A stretch of DNA of 64,000 nt, taken from positions 558,001-622,000 of the forward strand of contig LSRY02000029.1 of the NCBI GenBank assembly GCA_001643675.2, written 5' to 3'. Under the pieces are notes generated by a model. The model worked only from the letters and a program-made list of their open reading frames with translations, was not told the DNA's origin and did no database searches. A program made the position numbers and the translations under genes. Positions 56,769 through 64,000 of the stretch are shown one piece after another; within the stretch, counting starts at the first letter, position 1; each line of letters starts with the position of its first letter. Source of the stretch: Monocercomonoides exilis PA203. Its lineage: Eukaryota; Protista; Preaxostyla.

Positions 56769-58607
56769 TCAACTATCAGAGTTATCTTTATCAGAATTAT
56801 TGCTTCCCGGTTCCATATCTCCCTCGGATTCGCCAAATTCTTTTTCTGTCTGAATATCATCTGCCTCATCGTCTCTTCCAGCGTCCTGTGAAGCTCCTTG
56901 CTCATTGGTGAATTCGTCGTTTGTTTCGCCTCTCTGCTTTTCTGAGTCTTCATTTGCATCTTCCCTTTCTTCATCGTTTGCTTCGTCTTTGGCATTTTTC
57001 TTTTCACTCTCAGCTTCAGAATGCAGTCTGTCATTAAAGTAATCTTCATCTTCCTGCTCTTCCTTTTGTTCAAAGTCTCTTGATCTCGCTTTCACTTCTT
57101 CCTCTTCCTTTTCATTTTCATTTTCACTTTCATTTTCATTTTCTTTCTTCTTCTCATTCTCATTGTCATTTTCAGAATTAGAATCAGAACGTTCTTCATT
57201 TCTTCTGTCATAATGATCGTCTCTTGTTTCTCCTTTTCCTTCTTCTTCTTCTTCTTTCTGTTGGTCTTTCTCGTTGCTGCTGCTTTCTTCCTGTTTCTCT
57301 TCTTCCTTTTCTTTCTTCTTCTCTTTTTCTTTCGTGTCTTTTCCTTCTTTTCTTCTCAAACTCGTCTCCTTTTCGTCCTTCTTCAGATCTTTTCCTTCTC
57401 TCCTAGGCGAATGAAGCGGAGGCAACGGCTTCTCATTCAAAGGCGATTGCTTCGCCTTGTCTGCAAATGTCAATTTCTTTGTTCCTCCTTTTTTCACTGC
57501 CTTCTTCTTTGGTGTCGCTGTTTTTGTGGGTGTGGCTGTGGATGAAGAAGACGTCAGTGTTGATGTTTTTTCTCTCTCATTAAAGTCTCTCGAAAGACGC
57601 TGCGCAAATGGCGATGAATTTGTCGCTGCGGAACCTTTCAAAGAGGAGCTTGTGCGTCTCACTGGAGTTGGTGTCGATGAAGGAGAAGCTGTTGATTGCT
57701 TTTGGCGTTGTTGGCTTTCACTTTGTGTATTTGTGCTGGAAAGTGGTTGCTTCAAGCCTCGTTCTTGGATACTATCATTAGTCTCCCCTTCATTTTCTTT
57801 TTTCTCTTCGCCTTCATCTTCATTTGAATAACTGTCTTTATTTTCATCAACGTTCGTTTCATTGAATTCAGTTTGAGATTCGCCAAGTTTAGTATCCTCT
57901 TTGTCAGTTGATTTTAAGCGGGTTGTTGTTGAACCTTCCGTAGATGGCCTCGCTGTTGCACCTTCCTTCTTTTTGAGCCCTTTTGTCGCAATTTTTTCGA
58001 ATTTAAATGGATATCGTCCACATCTATGTAAATATTCAACATTCTAATTTAAATTATTATTCGTTAAAAATGCAATTATAAATATAATATCACACGTGCT
58101 CCCAATCTGAATCCAATTTTTCAAAGTTCATAACTCCTTTCGGCTCCATAAGGACTTTCAAAACTTTCTAAAATACTCCATTAAAGAATTTTTTTATGTG
58201 AAAGTTAAAACCTGATTTTCGTGGTCAATCCTCTGAGACTCTCTCTTTTTGTATGGCAAACATAGAGAAGATGCCTTCTTTTTTGGAGGAGCCATGTCCA
58301 CACCTCCTCCTTTTGTGGAAATATCTGCGAATTTAGCGAGTAATATTGTATTATCTCGTTGAATAGTACTATTTCGTTCTATAATTCCATCAAAATTATA
58401 TGTTAATCAAATATCAATAATGTGAATGAATGTACCTTCTTCAAGTTGTCGAGTTTTCAATTTATGAACAAGATGCTTGTAGACAGGTGGAGGTTTGTTA
58501 TCGATAGCTGGCTTCATACGTCGCACATTATCCATGTGTCTTTTTTGGTCCATTTCCTTCCATTTCTTGTCGAGAAGTCTATTTGCAACTGGTATTTCGC
58601 GAGACAT
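56769..58607 (-). CDS. CFAP97/hemingway-domain ciliary protein with a long charged/acidic tail (multi-exon)
   Basis: MSREIPVANRLLDKKW...RHMDNVRRMKPAIDNKPP..Y.HL..KLK..QLEE|ERNSTIQRDNTILLAK...KKRESQRIDHENQ is the CFAP97 pattern. The last exon runs from CGRYPF to TGA at 56769. Confidence 0.8.
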
Positions 58608-59077
58608 AAAATCAAACGTCTCAACGATTTATTATTATGGTTATAAATCGTGAAATTAAACTTGTCATTTGAACATAGTTAAAATTTGAAATAAATTTAT
58701 TCTCAATTCTTTTTATTTCATTTAATACTAATATCAAATGTTAAAATGATTTGAAAAAAATTTTTGAAAAAAATCGAAACTTCTCTCAAAACATCTCATC
58801 TTTGCACAAAGAAATAATTTCACAAGTTAAATTGCTGAAACAATAATTTCAAATGTTCACATAAAAATCAACCAGTGAACAAGATTTATCAGTCAGTTAT
58901 TATTGATAAAATTTTTTTGTTATTATTTTCATGAACACGTTTTCCAAACAATTTCAAATAAATAAGTTAAGCATTCCAGATTGACAATAATAATCTTGTT
59001 ATCTTATATATAAATACAGATCTCGATAAGCAATTGAAGAAATATTGACAAAAAAATCCACGGCCCATAACAAAAAA

Positions 59078-62000
59078 ATGATTTTTATTTTTTGTTATTT
59101 GATATTTTGGGGAGCGATTGGAAATAAAACAGCGGATTATTTCCGTTGCCCTGAATTATTTAATGATAATCAAATAAATATTGAAACATTTAAAAAGTTA
59201 AACGAGGAGCAATTCCAATTTCAAAAATATTCAAAAAATCATGAATTGTTACTCAATTTGGAAGAAGCAACAGATAATTTGCAGATAAATGCTCGCAAGA
59301 ATTCTTCTCCGTTAAACACTAAATTGATCGTATCATGCAAATGGAACATTCATAACGCCTCGTCTTTTTTTTATGGAATGGTGCTCAAACAACCAAAGTC
59401 ACAAAATGTTTTTAACATCAGCAGAAACTCATTTTTAAGCATATATTCAAGCGTTTTAATGAGATCAATGAATTCTCCAATTTCTTTTGAAAATTACGAA
59501 TCTTATCTTCGCTTTACGAATTTTTCGCTGGAATATGAACAACATGAACAATCAGAAAGATTAATCTGTTTTTCAAAAGGAAATACTGCATCAATTTAGA
59601 TAGATTATTGCCTGTTAAGAAATATGAAATTCCGAGAAAGCGGGATATTTTATTCAACAGAATGCAGTTCTTTTTCCATCAAAAATACAATAATATACAA
59701 CATCTCTCGAGAAGGAAAACCACTGCAAATGGGAAACTCCAGCGATATTAGAAAAAATATGAAGGAAAGCTGCATTGAAAATTGTAAGTTAACTTCTTCA
59801 GTAAATGCATTTTTTGGAACAATAATTTTTGGACTGAAAAATTCTGTTCACTTTAACTGTAAGAATACATCTGTGATAAGAAATATTGATAACAATGATG
59901 GATATGCAAATCAAAGCAGAATTGACACTTCAGATTCGATTACTTTAAGCAATTCTGAATGGATTAATTGTAGCTCAACAACTCACGGAGGCGCCATTTC
60001 GTTAAAAGGGAACAATACATCAATCCTCACCCTTTCAAATTGTTATTTTGAAGACAATGTTGCACAAAATGGACAAGGAGGAGCAGTTTACGCAGAATAT
60101 TCATCTCATATTTCAATTTGCCACTCCATTTTTGTGGGTTGCAATGCACCAGTTGACTCATTCAATCAAGCAGGTGGAGCAATTTGCATTGCTATTCCTC
60201 AAGCAAGCTATTTGATTCAAAATGATTCTTTTTCCAATTGCTATGTCGGAAATGATGGAGGTGGATTATGCATTCACAGCAAAAACTCAATTTCTTTAGG
60301 TGACAATATAATTGATTGCTTATTTTTCAATTGTACAACTTCGAATATTTCTTCACCAACTGGAGGAGGAATAGAGATTTGGAATATGAGTGTTTCTCCA
60401 TTAATATCAAATTGCTTATTTAAGAAGAATTATGCACGATGGAGGTGGTGGAATAACTGTGCAATTTCTGAGTCAATTGACAAGCAACATCATGTATTTC
60501 TGTTTTTTTCACGACAACGTGGGACTTTGGGGAGGATGTGATGTTATTCTTTTTTGACAAAATACAAATTTAATTGATTTGAGTTGCTGCACAACAAGAA
60601 TTGATGGAATACGCGTCAGTAACGATTGCTCTTCAATTTCAGAAAGAAATGAATGGCTTCGGAATGATGGAGGAAGAATACGGTTTGTTTCACCAATAGA
60701 AACTCAATTAAATGCCAAAGACTCATATGCTTGCGGAATAAACGAAATTTATCCTTGCAACACAATCAGTCATTGCCTTACTCAACTTATTCCTGATTAT
60801 GTGAATGATATTGAGATTCTTACAGGAACAACAATTGAGACAAAAAGAGTGGATTGTTGTGATGATTCTTTCACAATATTTGGCCAAAGTGATTTGAGTT
60901 CAACAATCCGAACAGAACTTGAAGTATCTGATCTATCTCTTTTTTCAGTCCCAACGGGAACATTAACAGTCAGAGACTTTGTTCTTTTGCATGACTCGGC
61001 TCATCCGAATAACCGTGGGTCAAGGCTGTTTGAGATAAGTGGAGCAGGAGGAATGAGGATCAGCAGACTGAACATATCTGTTGGGAGCGGACAATCAGCA
61101 GAAACAGCATTTTCGACAGAACTGATAAATGTCCAGAATGGGATGTCTCAGATGGAACAGGTGAACTGGGAAAAGACGATTTCCAAAACCTCGTTGTTTT
61201 CACTTTCTTCAACAAATGAAATTTCATTGACTCTTTCTGAATGCACTTTTAATGAAATAGAAAGAACAACGAATGGATCAGCTGTGATGTCATTTCACGA
61301 TGACAAGGCAAACATTGATCTGAATTCGAGCATATTTTCAGGATGCGGAAGCATAATTTCGGAAAATGGAGGCTCGATGATGTGCGTTGGGAATGAAAAT
61401 GAGGTGAAAGTGAAAGGTGGCAATTTCGATGGGTGCTTTTGTTCGTCATCCAATGGTCTTGGGGGAGGAATTCTTCTTCAACTTTTGACTGGAAATTCCA
61501 ATTTCCTGATTTCTTCCTCCTTTTGAACAAACACAGCCAAACGGGGAATCGACATCTTCGTCATTTCACCAGATTTGGAAGAAACAGCAAAATCAGAAAA
61601 AATCACATGCGTGACAGCCACTTTGGATTCTTTTGACAAAGTGAGAGGATATGACAATGGAAACAACAGTGTTGCCATTCCTCTCTGCATCTATCTCCTT
61701 CCCACCCCAGAAGAAATATGTGTGAGCAACACCGAGGCATATGATCACTCACATTGTGGAATTGTCCAATTCCCTTGCTTGACAATGAAACATTCACTCA
61801 CACGACAAACAGGAACAAAGAAAATTGTTGTGAATGGAATGATTATGATGAGCGATGAATTGGCCTTTGCTGGACAGAAACACGAAATCAGAGGAAATGA
61901 TGATCAAAGTGGCTGGACAGTCTCTGATGCAAGTTCGACATCAAACTCAGCGATGATAACAGCAAGTATTGAAACAGAATTATCAGCACTTATCTTTTCT

Positions 62001-64000
62001 CTTCCTTTTTCTTTTTCATCACATTCCACTTTTATTTCATCTTCTTCACAACTAACTCTGTCTCATTGTTATCTTTCTCTTCAAGATCCTTTATCAGAAT
62101 TTGCATTTCTATTCTTATCTGTTGAATCTGGGACCTTGTCCATTGATTCATTTTCGGCTTCATCAATCACTTTGAATGGAAATCCATTGATATCTTTGTC
62201 TGGAAGTGGAATAAATACCGAGTTAATGAGCACTAAAAGGTTGAATATGACGAACTGCAATTTCACAGAAATAGAAAGAATAGTTGGAAGTGGGGGCTGC
62301 ATCAACATCTACAACATCGTTGATGAAAATTCAAATGCAGAAATAAATATTGAAGAATGTGATTTTGATGGATGCTCAGTGCTGGCTGATGAAAGCAGAG
62401 GAGGGGCCATTGATGGTCAGTTGAAAGGGAGCATTCAAATGAATGTTATTTCATGCACCTTCACAGGATGCACAGCACCAGCTGGAGAAGAGAAGAATGG
62501 GTTCGGGGGAGGAATTGCGCTGAAGTTAATCGATGGCGATTCTTCGTTTGTGATCTCATCCCCGACCTTTGATACAAGCAAGCCAAATGTTGCGAAATAT
62601 GGAAATGATGTGTTTGTTGAATCTTCCAACTTGACGAAGAGCATCACAAACACTTCTCTTCCATTTGTGCTCGAACACCTGGCAGATATTTCATTGAATT
62701 CCCTGAGAGGCTTTGATGGAAATGACACAACGAATGCCATTCCGCTGATTTATTTTTGGCTCTCACTTGGCTCAGAGTTATTTGTTGGGGGTGAAGGAAA
62801 AGATATTGGCGCTTGCGGATTCTCGGATTATCCTTGTTTGTCAATTGATTATTCATTGGAGAGAATACTTGTAGGAAATGAAAGAAAAATTAACATAAAA
62901 AGAAAAGGAATTCTTAAAAAATGTGTTGATCTCAGTGGTATTTCAATAAGCTCAAATAATATAGACATGTGCTCTTTGGAATGCAGCTCTTCGTTTGAAG
63001 GAGCAGAAGAAGCAGCAATGAAGATTTGTGGAATTACCAATTTCGAACTGATAAACTTTGTGATTCCATCTTCATTCACTAGTGGTGTGAATGTTTTGAT
63101 GCATGTTGGATCAAGTGAAGGGATATTGACTGTGAAAGATTGCTCATTCTCAAAAAATGAAGAAAGTGAAGAAGAAACGATTATATTTGGGATTATAAAG
63201 GCAGATGGTGGTACGGTTCAATTGGAATTTGTAACAATGCAATCTTTACACTTTTCAAAGGATGTTATTTCTGTGTTGTCAACAACGGTGCTGAATGTGA
63301 AGAATCTGACGATGAAGAATATTGAGCTTGAAGGAGCAAGTGGATTGAGGATATCAAAGAGATCAGCTGGAGAGAAGAGAGGGAGCAATGAAGGAGAACA
63401 AAACATTAATATTGATTGGAGTTTGTTCGAAGAAGTCACCCAAGACACAACAGAAAACATCTCTATCATTCTCATTTCGAATGATGATTCACCATTGAAA
63501 ATGGTGATTCGGAACACGACGATGAAGAGATGTGGAGGGTTGAAGTGTGGAAAGGGAGGAGGGATGTTTTGCATGCTGAATGAGGGAGGAAGTTTTGTGT
63601 GCTCATTTTGTACGATTTCTGAGTGCTTCTGCTCAATAGCCGGAAGAGGTGGGTGGCTGTATTTGGAATGCACCTCGACAGCCGAGCAGCCGCTGAATTT
63701 TGTGCTGTCGAATATTTCATTCAGAGACAACACTGCATTGAGAGGGAGAGATGTGTATGTTCGATGCCGCTCAATCGAATCGCAAATAGTTGAAGAGCAG
63801 TTCTTGCTAGATTTCAGAGCGCCATTTGTGAAGGAACTGGCAGTATGGGGCTGCACGACAGACTCGTTTGTGGGGGAAGAGGATCTGCTGCTGAGGGTTG
63901 TGAAATACCAGAGCGAGACGATATTTGTGTCTTCTGTTGCAGACAATCACGCAGACAGTAAGCAATGCGGAGAGTTCAGTGCGCCTTGTCGTTCATTGAA
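59078..64000 (+). pseudogene. Third giant ectodomain-family gene, copy C, disrupted; runs off the window
   Basis: Signal-like MIFIFCYLIFWG, GGAI/FxxN repeats, and modules YACGINEIYPC, SHCGIVQFPC, GACGFSDYPC, KQCGEFSAPC. Lesions: in-frame TAG at 59597, frameshift near 60440, TGA at 60555, TGA at 61524. The frame then appears open to the window end. Confidence 0.8.

Noticed and set aside
60555-61526. In-frame TGA codons as selenocysteine or readthrough
   Set aside because: They are not at Cys-equivalent positions, and the same gene also has a TAG and a frameshift.
1-64000. tRNA, rRNA or snRNA genes
   Set aside because: None were recognisable by eye. tRNAscan-SE and Infernal would be needed to exclude them.

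Overview
AT-rich eukaryotic (protist) genomic DNA with short GT-AG introns and the standard genetic code. Gene families, intron style and composition suggest a metamonad flagellate, most likely an oxymonad such as Monocercomonoides; this is my inference. Housekeeping genes: Prp2/DHX16 DEAH helicase, EF-1beta, a Rad54B-like SNF2 ATPase, a TLDc protein, a CFAP97-domain protein and a possible Vps11-like N-terminal propeller gene. About 25 kb is taken by three giant, apparently intronless members of one lineage-specific family. The two whose C-termini are visible encode a Cys-motif/beta-helix repeat ectodomain, one TM helix and a TKL-like pseudokinase tail; the third is a pseudogene. The two intact copies face each other and share a patchwork of near-identical DNA over the stalk/TM/cytoplasmic region while their ectodomains are highly diverged. 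This is the best candidate for an undescribed system: a variable receptor repertoire with a homogenised signalling module. Also present are a tandem papain-fold pseudopeptidase, an intronless orphan P-loop gene (LGT candidate), an inverted paralog pair, five non-autonomous TIR elements in three families and a possible decayed DIRS-like retroelement. Exon boundaries were read by eye, and no database searches were run.
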